The notes beneath the pieces were generated by a model that was not told the origin of the DNA, made no database searches, and was given only the letters and a program-made list of their open reading frames with translations. Made by a program: the position numbers and the translations under genes. Positions 1-11,809 of a stretch of DNA of 23,403 nt are shown piece after piece. The first letter of the stretch is position 1; each line of letters begins with the position of its first letter. The DNA comes from an uncultured bacterium (GTDB taxonomy: Bacteria > T1Sed10-126), in contig CAZMIT010000016.1 of assembly GCA_964566495.1 (NCBI GenBank), positions 1-23,403 of the forward strand. The letters run 5' to 3'.

Positions 1-253
1 GACCCGGTGTGTCAATAATGTTAATCCGGTGGTCATCCCAGTAACAGGTGGTAGCAGCGGAAGTAATAGTAATACCACGCTCTTTTTCCTGGTCCATAAA
101 GTCCATTTCAGCCGCACCCTCGTGGGTCTCTCCCATTTTGTGAATCTTACCGGAATAGTAGAGGATACGTTCAGTTACTGTTGTCTTACCGGCGTCAATA
201 TGCGCCGCAAGTCCAATGTTACGAGTTCGTTCAAGTGATACGTCGCGTCCCAA
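1..253 (-). CDS. fusA: Elongation factor G, 5' part (runs off window edge)
   Basis: Not in ORF track. Manual translation from TTG at 253: [35 protein letters not shown]...[27 protein letters not shown] (G1 [17 protein letters not shown]). GGAG lies 8 nt upstream and the gene follows rpsL-rpsG. Confidence 0.97.
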   Translation of the reverse strand, partial: MGRDVSLERTRNIGLAAHIDAGKTTVTERILYYSGKIHKMGETHEGAAEMDFMDQEKERGITITSAATTCYWDDHRINIIDTPG

Positions 254-292
254 TTTCAACACTCCATTTTCTATGATATATGATCAAAAAAA

Positions 293-769
<477 letters not shown>

Positions 770-773
770 TTAT

Positions 774-1142
774 TTACTCCTTTTTAGTTCCATATTTTGA
801 TCGCGCTTGTTTACGACCTTCAACACCGGCCGTATCCAGGGCGCCGCGAACTACCGTATAACGGATACCGGGCAAGTCTTTAACCCGACCGCCGCGCACC
901 AGGACAATATTGTGCTCCTGCAGGTTATGTCCCTCGCCGGGGATATAAGCGGTAACTTCATAACCCGAAGTCAGCCGCACTCTCGCTACTTTACGCAGAG
1001 CGGAGTTAGGCTTCTTGGGTGTGGCTGTATAAACTCTGGTACAAACACCACGTAATTGAGGTGAACCCTCAAGTGCCGGCGTCGATTGCTTCTTCTTCTC
1101 CTGGTGCCGGCCTTTACGGACAAGCTGATTAATAGTTGGCAA
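774..1142 (-). CDS. rpsL: 30S ribosomal protein uS12
   Basis: [35 protein letters not shown] start with AGGGAG upstream. Confidence 0.99.
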   Translation of the reverse strand: MPTINQLVRKGRHQEKKKQSTPALEGSPQLRGVCTRVYTATPKKPNSALRKVARVRLTSGYEVTAYIPGEGHNLQEHNIVLVRGGRVKDLPGIRYTVVRGALDTAGVEGRKQARSKYGTKKE

Positions 1143-1176
1143 TGTTTTTACACTCCCTTACCAAAATTGGCTGTAA

Positions 1177-1205
1177 ACTTTATCTATCGAAACTCTGTAT
1201 GTCAA
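1177..1205 (-). promoter_or_regulatory. Sigma70-type promoter for rpsL-rpsG-fusA
   Basis: Minus strand TTGACA-17 nt-TAAAGT with an A-rich (UP-like) tract upstream. Confidence 0.7.
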
Positions 1206-1276
1206 CAAATTTTTCATTTTTTAATCTAACTTCCCTTCTAAAAGCGGGAAGAATGAGAGAAAAAAACTCCCGTAGT

Positions 1277-4200
1277 TTAGGCCGAAGATGCTTCTCCTTC
1301 GGCCGCTTCTTCCGCTTCGTCGGCGGCCTGACGCGTGTAGGAACGGGCCTGGTCAACAACTTCACGCAGGTCTGTCTTAAACATGTCACGATAAGTGTAA
1401 TATCCCGTTCCGGCTGGAATCAGGTGACCGGTAATAACGTTTTCCTTCAGCCCCTTCAACTCGTCGACCTGGCCGCGGGCCGCTGCATCAGAGAGCACAC
1501 GTTTCGTGTCCTGGAAGCTAGCCGAAGATATAAAGCTGTCAGTGCCAAGCGAGGCTTTGGTTATACCCTGGAGAACTGGCGTAAACGAAGCCGGTTCGCC
1601 GCCGTCCTCAGCTATTGACTGATTAATCCGAGACAGACGGTAGCGGTCAACAAGCTCGCCGGGTAAATACTGGGTATCGCCAGAGGAAGTAATCATAACC
1701 CGGCGAACCATCTGACGAACTATAAGTTCAATATGTTTGTCATTAATGGAAACACCCTGCTGACAGTAAACCGTCTGAATTTCACGGACAAGATAATTTT
1801 GCAGCGCCCGCAGTCCTTTTATTCTAAGCAGGTCGTGCGGATTGATATAACCTTCAGTCAGTGGCGTTCCTTCTTCAACCGTTTCGCCGTCGCGCACCCG
1901 GACGTGTACTCCGGGCTTGATTCTATACGATTTGGAATCCTCGGTTTCAGGGTTGGTAATCTGAATCGTCCGAATTCCTTTTTCCTCACGTTTCTCCGGT
2001 TTAATAAATTCCACAACTCCGGATATCTCAGCAATGTCAGCGCTTTGCTTGGTGCGCTTGCGAGCCTCAAACAAGTCTTCCACCCGGGGCAGACCACCAG
2101 TGATATCCTTTGTTTCAGCGGCCTCCTTGGGCATCTTAGCCAAAACCTGACCGGACTGCACCTGCTCGCCATCTTCCACGACAAGTATGGCGCCATAGGG
2201 AAGATCATAGCGTCGTGTCGCCTTTTTCCCCTCGCGCTTCAGTATTACACTGGGGAACATCTTACCCTGTTTGTCCTCCACAATCACTTTGTTTATAAGC
2301 CCTGTTGTTTCATCGACTTCCTCGGACAGCGTCCGGCCAACCTCAACGTCCCGGAGATTAACTTCTCCATCAAACTCAGCAATTATTAGTTCGTTATACG
2401 GGTCAACCTCAACGTAACGCTCATCGGCCCGCACAACATCGCCCTGTTTGACCAGCACCTGTGAGCCAATATCAAGGCTTATGGAATAATCAGAGCCCAG
2501 CACCCGCAGGGCATTATTTTGCACCATAACAACGCCTTCCGTTTCAGCATAAATTTCCTCTTCTTCGCCGTCTGCATCGCGATATACAGCGAGTTGATCG
2601 CCCTCGTAAACCCAAAGACCCTCGAATGCGACGGGCTCTAACTCGCCCTCTTCGGGTTCAAGAGAAATCTCCTGTTGAATTTTTCGTACTCGCATTTCAG
2701 ATTCAGCCAGTGAGACCAAAACCTCGCGACCGTCTTCTTTTTCAAATTCGACGGCATTTTCAGGTAGTGCCTCTATATATATGTCATTCTCGGCCTCGAC
2801 GGCGTGTTCACCACCACCGGCAGCAGTGCCCCCGGTATGGAAGGTTCTCATGGTCAACTGGGTCCCCGGCTCACCAATCGATTCGGCGGCAATTATCCCT
2901 ACCGGCTCACCAATATCAACCATTTTCCTGGTCGACAGGTCTCGACCGTAACAACGGGCACAGACACCGTCCTCGGACTCACAGGTCAACAAGCTCCTGA
3001 GCTTAACTGAATCAAACCCACACTCCTCAATCCGTCGCGCCTGGGCCTCTTCAATCATTTCATCCTCGGCGACGATTAGCTCGCCGGTCTGTGGATGTTT
3101 TATATCCTCCCGAGCAATCCGGCCAAGAATCCGGTCGTATAAATCCTCAAGGATTTCATCACTGGACCTAATAGGAGCAATTTCAACGCCCTGTAGGGTC
3201 TCGCAATCTTCCTCAACAATTCTAGAACTTTGTGCCACATCGGCCAGCCGGCGGGTCAAGTAGCCGGCGTCCGCCGTCTTAAGGGCAGTGTCGGCCAGCC
3301 CCTTCCGAGCCCCGTGGGTGGAAATGAAATACTCCATGACGGACAAACCGTCACGAAAACTTGATTTAATAGGTAGCTCAATAATCTTCCCACTTGGTTT
3401 AGCCATAAGGCCACGCATACCGGCAAGCTGACGGAGCTGCTCTTCAGAACCCCGGGCGCCGGAATTAGCCATCATATAAACAGGGTTTAGGCCATCCTGG
3501 TCCTTGCTCATCTCTTCCAACAAGGCATCACTGACGTCCTGCGTCACCTGGTGCCAGACGTTAATAACTCGATTGTATTTTTCTTCAGCGACCAGGTCCC
3601 CCGCTTCATATTGTTCGTTAATCTGCTCTACCTTATTGTCTCCCTGCTCGATCAACTTTTTCTTTTCAGGTATTTCAAACATGTCCTGATAGCCGATAGA
3701 ACAGCCCATCAGAGTCGACTCATGATAACCCTCCTCTTTAAAGGCGTCCAGCATGTGCACTGTTTGGTAGGTCCCTTCTTCCTCAACAACTTCGGCCACA
3801 AGATCGGCAAGGTCGCCTTCGTCAAACTCATGATTACGATAGCTAAAACTATCGGGTAAAATTTCGTTAAAAAATATCCGCCCCGGGGTGGTGACGTATC
3901 TCTCACCATCCGTACGGTAGATAATTGGGTCGTGCAGACCAACTCGCCCGTCTTCATAAGCCCATTTTGCCTGGCTGGGCTGAGAAAACTTGTACTGGGT
4001 CTCTTCAATTTCATTGATATCCACGGAGTAAGGTTCACGGGTCAAGTAATTAAGTCCAATAACCATATCCTGTGTCGGGATACTGACGGCCCCCCCGTGA
4101 GCCGGCGAAAGCAAGTTATTGGTGCTCAACATAAGCACGCGAGCCTCGATTTGTGCCGTCTTAGAAAGCGGCACGTGAACGGCCATCTGGTCGCCGTCAA

Positions 4201-5674
4201 AATCGGCGTTGAAAGGCGGACAGGCCAGCGGGTGCAGACGAATCGAATGACCCTCGGTAAGCACCGGTTCGTATGCCTGTATGCCAAGACGGTGCAGGGT
4301 GGGAGCCCGATTAAGCATAACCGGATGCCCCTTAATTACTTCCTCAAGGGCGTCCCAGACCTCCGGTTCTTCACGCTCAATCATTTTTTTGGCCGATTTG
4401 ATACTGGAAGCAACGTTGTCATTGACTAATCGCTGCATTATAAATGGTTTAAACAGTTCAACTGCCATCTTTTTAGGCAGCCCGCACTGATTAAAATTAA
4501 GCTCCGGACCGTTCACGATTACGGCCCGTCCGGAGTAATCAACCCGCTTGCCAAGCAGATTCTGACGGAATCGCCCTTGCTTTCCTTTCAGCAGGTCAGT
4601 TAATGATTTAAGCGGCCGGTTGTTTGGACCGCGCACGGGCCGTTCAACCCGCGAGTTGTCAATCAAAGCGTCAACGGCCTCCTGCAGCATCCTCTTTTCG
4701 TTCCGTATAATAATATCCGGTGTCCGCAGTTCCATCAGCTTTTTCAGCCGGTTGTTGCGGTTAATGACCCGCCGGTAGAGATCGTTCACGTCAGAAGTGG
4801 CGAAACGGCCGCGCTCAAGCTGAATCATTGGTCGCAAGTCGGGAGGAAGAACCGGAAGTACTTCCAGGGTCATGTTTTTGGGATTAAGACCAGAGTCGTA
4901 AAATCCTTTCAAAGCCCGAAGCCGGCGAATTAATTTTCGGCTTTTCTGGCGGATTTTTGTACGTCCTCGAGCACTTTTTTTCTGAAGCTCCAGCTCATCC
5001 TCAATAGCGCTGATTTCTGCTTCCAGGTCCAGGTCCTCCAGGAGATACTGAATCGCTTCCGCCCCCATATCGGCCTGAAAACGGTTGCTGTATTCTTCCC
5101 GGGCACGCTGATATTCCTGCTCACTTAGTAACTCTTTCTTTTTTAAGCCGGTGTCACCTGGATCCAGAACAACGTAACTTTCAAAATAGACAATTTTTTC
5201 AAGGTCCTTGATGCGCATGTCAAGAACTAAGCTTAGCTTAGAAGGAATTCCCTTGAGAAACCAGATATGGGTTACCGGAGACATCAGGTTGATATGACCC
5301 ATACGAACACGACGAACTTTTGAGCGAGAAATTTCTACACCACATTTATCGCAAACTACTCCGGCATATTTCTTACTCTTATATTTGCCGCAGAAACACT
5401 CCCAGTCCCTGGTCGGCCCAAAAATTTTCTCACAGAACAGGCCGCCACGCTCTGGACGCAGAGAACGATAGTTTATAGTTTCAGGCTCTTCAACCTCACC
5501 GCTCGAGATATCAAGAACACGATCGGGAGCCATTAAGCCTATACTTATGTGGTCAAACTCGGAGAAAAAATCGTCAGCATGCGCTTCGGAGTCATCGCTG
5601 TCTCCAAGCAGTCCGCTGTCCGTTAACTGGCTACTTCCGATTGTCTCCGCATCGGATTGTGATTCTTTAGCCAA
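1277..5674 (-). CDS. rpoC: DNA-directed RNA polymerase beta' subunit
   Basis: Zn finger CFCGKY..CDKCG, catalytic NADFDGD, bridge helix [11 protein letters not shown], trigger loop [18 protein letters not shown] start with AGAGGTG upstream. Confidence 0.99.
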   Translation of the reverse strand: MAKESQSDAETIGSSQLTDSGLLGDSDDSEAHADDFFSEFDHISIGLMAPDRVLDISSGEVEEPETINYRSLRPERGGLFCEKIFGPTRDWECFCGKYKSKKYAGVVCDKCGVEISRSKVRRVRMGHINLMSPVTHIWFLKGIPSKLSLVLDMRIKDLEKIVYFESYVVLDPGDTGLKKKELLSEQEYQRAREEYSNRFQADMGAEAIQYLLEDLDLEAEISAIEDELELQKKSARGRTKIRQKSRKLIRRLRALKGFYDSGLNPKNMTLEVLPVLPPDLRPMIQLERGRFATSDVNDLYRRVINRNNRLKKLMELRTPDIIIRNEKRMLQEAVDALIDNSRVERPVRGPNNRPLKSLTDLLKGKQGRFRQNLLGKRVDYSGRAVIVNGPELNFNQCGLPKKMAVELFKPFIMQRLVNDNVASSIKSAKKMIEREEPEVWDALEEVIKGHPVMLNRAPTLHRLGIQAYEPVLTEGHSIRLHPLACPPFNADFDGDQMAVHVPLSKTAQIEARVLMLSTNNLLSPAHGGAVSIPTQDMVIGLNYLTREPYSVDINEIEETQYKFSQPSQAKWAYEDGRVGLHDPIIYRTDGERYVTTPGRIFFNEILPDSFSYRNHEFDEGDLADLVAEVVEEEGTYQTVHMLDAFKEEGYHESTLMGCSIGYQDMFEIPEKKKLIEQGDNKVEQINEQYEAGDLVAEEKYNRVINVWHQVTQDVSDALLEEMSKDQDGLNPVYMMANSGARGSEEQLRQLAGMRGLMAKPSGKIIELPIKSSFRDGLSVMEYFISTHGARKGLADTALKTADAGYLTRRLADVAQSSRIVEEDCETLQGVEIAPIRSSDEILEDLYDRILGRIAREDIKHPQTGELIVAEDEMIEEAQARRIEECGFDSVKLRSLLTCESEDGVCARCYGRDLSTRKMVDIGEPVGIIAAESIGEPGTQLTMRTFHTGGTAAGGGEHAVEAENDIYIEALPENAVEFEKEDGREVLVSLAESEMRVRKIQQEISLEPEEGELEPVAFEGLWVYEGDQLAVYRDADGEEEEIYAETEGVVMVQNNALRVLGSDYSISLDIGSQVLVKQGDVVRADERYVEVDPYNELIIAEFDGEVNLRDVEVGRTLSEEVDETTGLINKVIVEDKQGKMFPSVILKREGKKATRRYDLPYGAILVVEDGEQVQSGQVLAKMPKEAAETKDITGGLPRVEDLFEARKRTKQSADIAEISGVVEFIKPEKREEKGIRTIQITNPETEDSKSYRIKPGVHVRVRDGETVEEGTPLTEGYINPHDLLRIKGLRALQNYLVREIQTVYCQQGVSINDKHIELIVRQMVRRVMITSSGDTQYLPGELVDRYRLSRINQSIAEDGGEPASFTPVLQGITKASLGTDSFISSASFQDTKRVLSDAAARGQVDELKGLKENVITGHLIPAGTGYYTYRDMFKTDLREVVDQARSYTRQAADEAEEAAEGEASSA

Positions 5675-5698
5675 GGGAAAACACCTCTAAATTAGAAT

Positions 5699-8600
5699 TT
5701 ATTCGGTAACCATTTCATCTATATCAAGTTCGCGATCTTTACCGTCAAAGACGCGAATATCAAGTCCCAGTCCCTGCATTTCTTTCAACAGCACATTGAA
5801 TGACTCAGGGACACCGGGGACAAAGCTCTCCTCGCCTTTAACTATCGAAGCGTAAGTTCGCGAACGTCCGCTTACATCATCACTTTTGACAGTAAGAAAC
5901 TCGCGCAGAGTATGGGCGGCACCGTAAGCTTCAAGCGCCCAGACTTCCATCTCTCCCAACCGCTGGCCGCCAAACTGTGCTTTACCGCCCAGCGGCTGTT
6001 GCGTAACCAGAGAATAAGGTCCAATGGAGCGCGCGTGCACCTTGTCTTCGGCAAGGTGCTCAAGTTTCATAATATGCATATTTCCAATTGTAACTTCCTG
6101 GTCGAAATACTCGCCTGTCCGGCCGTCCCGCAGGGGAACTTTACCATGACGCGGATAACCGGCTTCTTCCAGTATATCAGCGATATCCTCGTCGGTTGGA
6201 CCCTCAAAGACAGGAGCAATTACTCTGTAACCGAACTCTTCAAGCGCCAGCGTAAGATGGGTCTCCAATACCTGGCCCAGGTTCATACGGCTGGGCACCC
6301 CGAGCGGATTAAGTACCACATCTACCGGTTCTCCTTCTTCGGTAAAGGGCATGTCTTCTTCGGGAAGAATTTTAGATATAACTCCCTTATTACCGTGTCG
6401 CCCCGCCAGTTTGTCACCAACGCCAATTTTCCGCTTGTCAGCGACATAAACTTTCACTTTTTTTTCCACGCCAGCTTCCAACTCGTCGTTGTTCTCGCGG
6501 CTAAACTCCTTGACGTCAACAACTACTCCTTTTGTCCCGTGGGGAACAGTCAACGACGTGTCCTTAACATCTTTGGCTTTTTCACCAAAGATAGAGTGCA
6601 AGAGCTTATATTCGGGCGAGAGGTCAACGTGACTTTTAGGCGTCACCTTGCCGACCAGCAAATCACCCGGTTCAACATAACTACCAATTTTCACTATTCC
6701 TTCGTCGTCCAGGTCACGCAGGGCCTGCTTGCTCTGGCTCGGGATGTCGCGAGTAATTTCTTCCTTGCCTACCTTGGTCTCCCGCGCTGCTATTTCAAGC
6801 TCCTCAATATGAATAGAAGTATAAACGTCCTCCGTAACCAGGCGCTCGGAGACAAGAATAGCATCCTCAAAGTTGTAGCCCTCCCAGGGCATGAAAGCAA
6901 CTTTTACATCACGACCCAGGGCCAGTTCTCCCTGGCTCGTCGCCGGTCCGTCGGCCAGTACTTCTCCCGCCTCAACTTCATCGCCTTGTTCAACTATCGG
7001 TGTCTGGTTGAACGACATCCCCTGGTTAGATCGTTTGTATTTCATCAGCGGATAAATGTCGATCCGATTTTCACCGGCTTCAGCAATTATTTCGCCGGTT
7101 TCCTCGTCAATTTGATCCTCCTCCAACTCTTCATCTACTTCCACCCATACCCGGCGAGAATCGCATTTCACAACTTCACCAGCCTGTTGAGCGACAACTA
7201 CTGAGCCACTGTCACGAGCTGCTTTACCTTCCACGCCCGTAGCAATCATGGGGCGTTCTGTGTTTACCAGTGGCACCGCCTGACGCTGCATGTTTGAACC
7301 CATCAGCGCCCGGTTGGCATCATCGTTTTCCAGGAAAGGGATGCAGGAGGTGGATATACTTACAATCTGCCGCGGCGAGACGTCAATATAATCGATATCC
7401 TCGCGGTGAATAAGCTCAAACTCATCGGCACTACGAGCTCTGACAAGCTCTTGGGTCAATTTGCCCTCGTCGTCAGTCTCGGTTCCCGCAGCGGCGATGT
7501 TCGCCTGGTCCTCTTCGTCCGCGTCCAGAAAAACAACCTCATCCGTAACTTGCCCATCCTCCACGAGCCGATAAGGAGTTACCAAAAAGCCCAGCTCATT
7601 TACCCGGGCAAAAGTAGCCAGGCTAACAATCAGTCCAATATTAGGACCTTCAGGCGTTTCGATAGGACAGATACGACCGTAATGAGTGTGGTGGACGTCA
7701 CGAACGTCAAAACCTGCCCTTTCCCGGGACAGACCGCCGGGGCCAAGAGCTGATAAACGACGCTTGTGAGTAAGCTCGTCGAGTGGATTTGTCTGATCCA
7801 TAAATTGACTCAGAGAACCGGTCCCGAAAAATTCCTGCAGATCCGCAGTGAGCGGTTTAATATTGATCAAACGGGCCGGCGTCGGCCGTTCATCGTCCTG
7901 AACATGCATGTTTAACTTATCTTCAATACTGCGTTCGACCCGGCTTAAACCGGTTTTGGTCTGCTGGTAAAGTAACTCGCCAATAGTTCGCACGCGCCGA
8001 TTTGAGAGGTGGTCGATGTCATCAATTTCACCTTCACCGTCGGCAATTTCAATGAAGTATTCAAAAATAGCGAGCAAATCTTCGGGCGACAGGGTTCGCT
8101 CCTTAAGATCTTCCTTCTCCAGCCCCTTGTGCCCGAGCTTCTTATTGATCTTGTATCTACCAACCCGTTCAAGATCAATTCGATCCTCGTCAAAAAAGGC
8201 TCCGTAGATGTATTCACGAGCGTTTTCAATGCTGTAAGGATCGTTCGGACGCAGTAATTTAAACAACCGTTTAAAGGCCTCCGACGGCTCTGTCGTCGGA
8301 TCTTTAGCCAAAGTATTCAAAATAACGGGGTTGATTTGTTCCCCGCGGTCGACAATCTTTATTTCATCGTAGCCCAGGTCTTGCATGTCCCGGAAAACTT
8401 TCTTGTCAATCCGCTGACCGGCCGGATGAACAATATTATACTCCGGTCCCGTCTCTTCTTCAGCTTCATCAACTTCCTCTTCTTCCTCCTCGGCCTCCGC
8501 TTCCTCTTCTTGGTTTTCTTCTGTTTCTTCCTCAGATTCTTCTGCTTCGGTCTCCACGACCTCTTCCAGAATCGGCTCAGCAAGATATTCAAAGGTTAAC

Positions 8601-9316
8601 GAATCAGCATCTTCCACTGGAACGACCTTTGTTTCATAGAAATGTTCAACTATATCTTCGTTCATGGGCATGATGTAATCCGACTCGGGATCTTCAGGGT
8701 CTTCCGGAAGTATCCGCAAAAAGGTTGTTGATTCGATACGGCGCTCGCGGTCGATACTGATTTTCATACGGTGACGCGCATCTATATCGATGGTGACCCA
8801 GGTTCCAATATAAGGCACTATCTTACAGGTGAAGCGTTCCTTCGAATCGTCGTAGTCGTAAATCACACCAGGCGAGCGGATGAGCTGACTGGTTATGATA
8901 CGCTCAGTACCGTTTACGACAAAAGAACCCGTAGGTGTCATGTAAGGATAATCGCCAAGAAATACGTCCTCTTCAATTATTTCGCCGGTTTCTTTAAAAA
9001 TCAGACGCATACGAGCGGTAACAGGGACAGAGTAGGTAATGCCCCGCTCTTTACACTCCTGGGGCGTATGTTCAACCTCTCCCACTTTGTAATGCTCGTA
9101 TTCAAGCGAAATTTCATCATTTTCGATCGGGAAGGTTGACTGCAGGGCCTCTTCAAAACCCTGTTTTTTTCGTTCTTTCGGACCACACTCCGGCTGCATA
9201 AACCACTGGTAGTGCTGCTTTTGTATGTGAAGCAGATCTTCCTCCTCGTAAATTTCCTCCTGGGAACTGAAGTCAAGAACGTCCTCGCCTTCTCTCTTCC
9301 ACTGATCAATTACCAT
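5699..9316 (-). CDS. rpoB: DNA-directed RNA polymerase beta subunit
   Basis: [58 protein letters not shown]. Confidence 0.99.
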   Translation of the reverse strand: MVIDQWKREGEDVLDFSSQEEIYEEEDLLHIQKQHYQWFMQPECGPKERKKQGFEEALQSTFPIENDEISLEYEHYKVGEVEHTPQECKERGITYSVPVTARMRLIFKETGEIIEEDVFLGDYPYMTPTGSFVVNGTERIITSQLIRSPGVIYDYDDSKERFTCKIVPYIGTWVTIDIDARHRMKISIDRERRIESTTFLRILPEDPEDPESDYIMPMNEDIVEHFYETKVVPVEDADSLTFEYLAEPILEEVVETEAEESEEETEENQEEEAEAEEEEEEVDEAEEETGPEYNIVHPAGQRIDKKVFRDMQDLGYDEIKIVDRGEQINPVILNTLAKDPTTEPSEAFKRLFKLLRPNDPYSIENAREYIYGAFFDEDRIDLERVGRYKINKKLGHKGLEKEDLKERTLSPEDLLAIFEYFIEIADGEGEIDDIDHLSNRRVRTIGELLYQQTKTGLSRVERSIEDKLNMHVQDDERPTPARLINIKPLTADLQEFFGTGSLSQFMDQTNPLDELTHKRRLSALGPGGLSRERAGFDVRDVHHTHYGRICPIETPEGPNIGLIVSLATFARVNELGFLVTPYRLVEDGQVTDEVVFLDADEEDQANIAAAGTETDDEGKLTQELVRARSADEFELIHREDIDYIDVSPRQIVSISTSCIPFLENDDANRALMGSNMQRQAVPLVNTERPMIATGVEGKAARDSGSVVVAQQAGEVVKCDSRRVWVEVDEELEEDQIDEETGEIIAEAGENRIDIYPLMKYKRSNQGMSFNQTPIVEQGDEVEAGEVLADGPATSQGELALGRDVKVAFMPWEGYNFEDAILVSERLVTEDVYTSIHIEELEIAARETKVGKEEITRDIPSQSKQALRDLDDEGIVKIGSYVEPGDLLVGKVTPKSHVDLSPEYKLLHSIFGEKAKDVKDTSLTVPHGTKGVVVDVKEFSRENNDELEAGVEKKVKVYVADKRKIGVGDKLAGRHGNKGVISKILPEEDMPFTEEGEPVDVVLNPLGVPSRMNLGQVLETHLTLALEEFGYRVIAPVFEGPTDEDIADILEEAGYPRHGKVPLRDGRTGEYFDQEVTIGNMHIMKLEHLAEDKVHARSIGPYSLVTQQPLGGKAQFGGQRLGEMEVWALEAYGAAHTLREFLTVKSDDVSGRSRTYASIVKGEESFVPGVPESFNVLLKEMQGLGLDIRVFDGKDRELDIDEMVTE

Positions 9317-9415
9317 ACTACGTGACCTCCTACGGGTACACAGGAATAATATCCAGACAAGGATACTTCCTGATTAATAATCTGAGTCCGTTTCCAGCTG
9401 GGCAGACGGCTGATG

Positions 9416-9802
9416 TTACTTAAGTTCGACCGTGGCGCCAGCGGCCTCGAGCTGCTCTTGAATTTCCTCGGCATCCTCGCGAGCCAGACTTTCTTTGACT
9501 GCGTTAGGCGCCTCCTCAACCAGCTGTTTAGCTTCTTTGAGCCCGAGGTCGGTGATAGCTCGCACCTCTTTAATTACCTGAATTTTACTGTCACCAAAGT
9601 CGGAGAGAACAACATCAACCATGGTGTCGCCCTCGTCCTCTTCATCTTCTTCGCCGGCGGCGGGGGCAGCGGCAACCGCTCCAGCCATCGCACCAGCTTC
9701 AACATCAAATCTCTCTTCAATCTCTTCTACGAGTTCGGACAGTTCTAAAACCGTCATCTCCTCAATAGAATCGATAATTTCATCTTTGCTCAACGTAGCC
9801 AT
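9416..9802 (-). CDS. rplL: 50S ribosomal protein bL12 (L7/L12)
   Basis: [19 protein letters not shown], Ala-rich hinge, [34 protein letters not shown] at 9802 (GGAG 8 nt upstream) preferred over the track's GTG at 9811. Confidence 0.98.
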   Translation of the reverse strand: MATLSKDEIIDSIEEMTVLELSELVEEIEERFDVEAGAMAGAVAAAPAAGEEDEEDEGDTMVDVVLSDFGDSKIQVIKEVRAITDLGLKEAKQLVEEAPNAVKESLAREDAEEIQEQLEAAGATVELK

Positions 9803-9807
9803 CAAAC

Positions 9808-10611
9808 TCACTCCTCCTGATCTTCTTTTTGATTTTTAACTTGATTCAACACGTTCGTAAATTTAACTATCGGATTCTTAAGATACTGTGCAAGCTTTTG
9901 CAGCGGTGAATTAAGTCCCATGGCCACACTGGTTAACAGTTCGTGGCGCGTGGGTAACTCTGCGATCCGTTCTATTTCTTCCGCCTCAAAGAATTCGCTA
10001 TCAATAATGCCTGCTTTCAACCGGGGATTTTCATACTCCTCCTGAAAATCAACAATAATTTCAGCCATCCGGCTCACGGCGCTATCACCAAAAACAATCG
10101 CCGTATTCCCCTGTAGCAAGGGCTCTACCCTGTCGACCAGGCCGTTGCCGCTATCCGGGGCGGCAGATGTTTCAGACGCGGTATCAGGAACAAGTTCGTG
10201 CGCAGAACCGAGAATCTTCTCGGCCATCGCCGGTCCAACTCCGGGCACTTCCTGTAGTTCTTCCTGACCGGCGTCAACCAAATCTTTCACGCTTTCCAGC
10301 CCCGCTTCTTCAAGCGTCTTAGCCTTCGAGGGGCCAACCCCCTGCACGTCTGTCAATTCCGCCGTTTCAGTCGATGTCTCGTCAGCTTCACCCTCAGTCT
10401 CAGATTTTGCAGGACTTGTTTCCGCAAAAGCTCGCCGGGCCAGGCGGTTTTTAACGACGTGAAAACTGGAATCGTTCTCATAAAGTTCCTGCCGCAGCTT
10501 CTCCGTCTCTTCGACCGTCATCCCCCGAAAATTTGTAAAAACCATGTAACTGTTCCGTTCAATCAGGTCCTTTAATTGTTCCACCCACTCTACTTTTCGC
10601 GCTTTGACCAT
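9808..10611 (-). CDS. rplJ: 50S ribosomal protein uL10 with internal tandem HhH-domain insertion
   Basis: N-half [23 protein letters not shown]-half [26 protein letters not shown]; position between rplA and rplL; residues ~66-157 are extra. Confidence 0.96.
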   Translation of the reverse strand: MVKARKVEWVEQLKDLIERNSYMVFTNFRGMTVEETEKLRQELYENDSSFHVVKNRLARRAFAETSPAKSETEGEADETSTETAELTDVQGVGPSKAKTLEEAGLESVKDLVDAGQEELQEVPGVGPAMAEKILGSAHELVPDTASETSAAPDSGNGLVDRVEPLLQGNTAIVFGDSAVSRMAEIIVDFQEEYENPRLKAGIIDSEFFEAEEIERIAELPTRHELLTSVAMGLNSPLQKLAQYLKNPIVKFTNVLNQVKNQKEDQEE

Positions 10612-10634
10612 CTCTACTTACCTCCCTAACTCGT

Positions 10635-11339
10635 TTACGCCTGTTCCCAGGCCGCGGCGGGATCAATTTCAATCCCCGGCGACATGGAGGAAGCCAGCGT
10701 AATGGAATCTATGTATTGCCCGCGGGAAATCCCGGGCGGTTTCTCGTCTATAATAAATTCAAGCACTGCTCGCAGATTATCCGCCAGTTCGGATTCACTC
10801 ATCTCGTCAGTGCCCACGGGGGCGTGAATAATCCCCTGGCTGTCGTTACGCAACTCAACCTGTCCCTGTTTTATCTTTTTAACCGTTTCAGCCACATCGA
10901 AAGTGACTGTGCCGGCCTTGTTGTTCGGCATCAGCCCCCGGGGACCAAGCACAGGCCCAAGCCGACCAACTTCACTCATCATATCGGGCGTTGCAACCGC
11001 CGCATCAAAATCCAGCCAGCCGTCCTCGACCTTCTCAACCAGCTCGTCCTCACCGGCGACATCGGCTCCGGCTTCTTCAGCTTCCCGCTGCTTTTCCCCG
11101 GTAGCAAAGACAATTACTTTTGTATCCTGGCCGGTGCCGGCGGGCAAGACTATTGACTTACGTATTTGCTGATTTGCCTGGGTCGGGTCAATGTTCAACT
11201 TCGCGTGACACTCAATCGTTTCGACGAAGTTAGCCGTCGCAGCCTCTTTAACAGCTTTTACTGCCTCATCCACTGCCAGCGCACTCCCCGGCAAAACTTC
11301 CTCTTTTAGTTCAACGTATCTTTTGCTTCTAACACTCAT
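10635..11339 (-). CDS. rplA: 50S ribosomal protein uL1
   Basis: [39 protein letters not shown] overlap with the rplK stop. Confidence 0.98.
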   Translation of the reverse strand: MSVRSKRYVELKEEVLPGSALAVDEAVKAVKEAATANFVETIECHAKLNIDPTQANQQIRKSIVLPAGTGQDTKVIVFATGEKQREAEEAGADVAGEDELVEKVEDGWLDFDAAVATPDMMSEVGRLGPVLGPRGLMPNNKAGTVTFDVAETVKKIKQGQVELRNDSQGIIHAPVGTDEMSESELADNLRAVLEFIIDEKPPGISRGQYIDSITLASSMSPGIEIDPAAAWEQA

Positions 11340-11794
11340 GCTTCATCACCTGTCTTTTGGCCTTCAATCTCTATTCCCATGCTCCGGGCGGTCCCCGCCA
11401 CAATTTTCATCCCCTGCTCAACCGTATAGGCGTTTAAATCGGGCAACTTTGTCTCAGCTATATCCTTAAGCTCTTCGGTAGTAACACTCCCGACCTTGTT
11501 CTTGTTCGGCTCGCCGGACGCTTTAACAAGCCCCGCTTTTCTCTTGAGCAACACCGAAGCCGGTGGGGTTTTGGTTATAAAGTCAAAACTTCGATCCTGG
11601 TATACAGTTATCTCAACAGGGATAATAATACCCGGATCGGCGTCGGCGGTCTTTTCATTGAAAGCGTTACAAAACTCCATGATATTAATCCCATGCTGAC
11701 CTAATGCCGGACCTACCGGCGGCGCCGGATCAGCCTGACCTGCGGGTATTTGAAGTTTAATCTCAGCTTCTACTGGTTTTTCTGTCTGTGGCAT
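11336..11794 (-). CDS. rplK: 50S ribosomal protein uL11
   Basis: [43 protein letters not shown]. Confidence 0.99.
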   Translation of the reverse strand: MPQTEKPVEAEIKLQIPAGQADPAPPVGPALGQHGINIMEFCNAFNEKTADADPGIIIPVEITVYQDRSFDFITKTPPASVLLKRKAGLVKASGEPNKNKVGSVTTEELKDIAETKLPDLNAYTVEQGMKIVAGTARSMGIEIEGQKTGDEA

Positions 11795-11809
11795 ATCGTA
11801 TCCCTCAGT

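Noticed and set aside
1136..4490. Several plus-strand ORFs (160, 218, 124, 165 aa and others)
   Set aside because: They lie antisense to rpoC and have no protein-like features.
5912..7204. 430-aa plus-strand ORF
   Set aside because: Antisense shadow of rpoB with no recognisable motifs; such open antisense frames are common opposite conserved genes.
10141..10416. uL10 insertion as an intein, intron or frameshift artefact
   Set aside because: No intein terminal residues or endonuclease motifs; the frame is continuous and both uL10 halves are intact.
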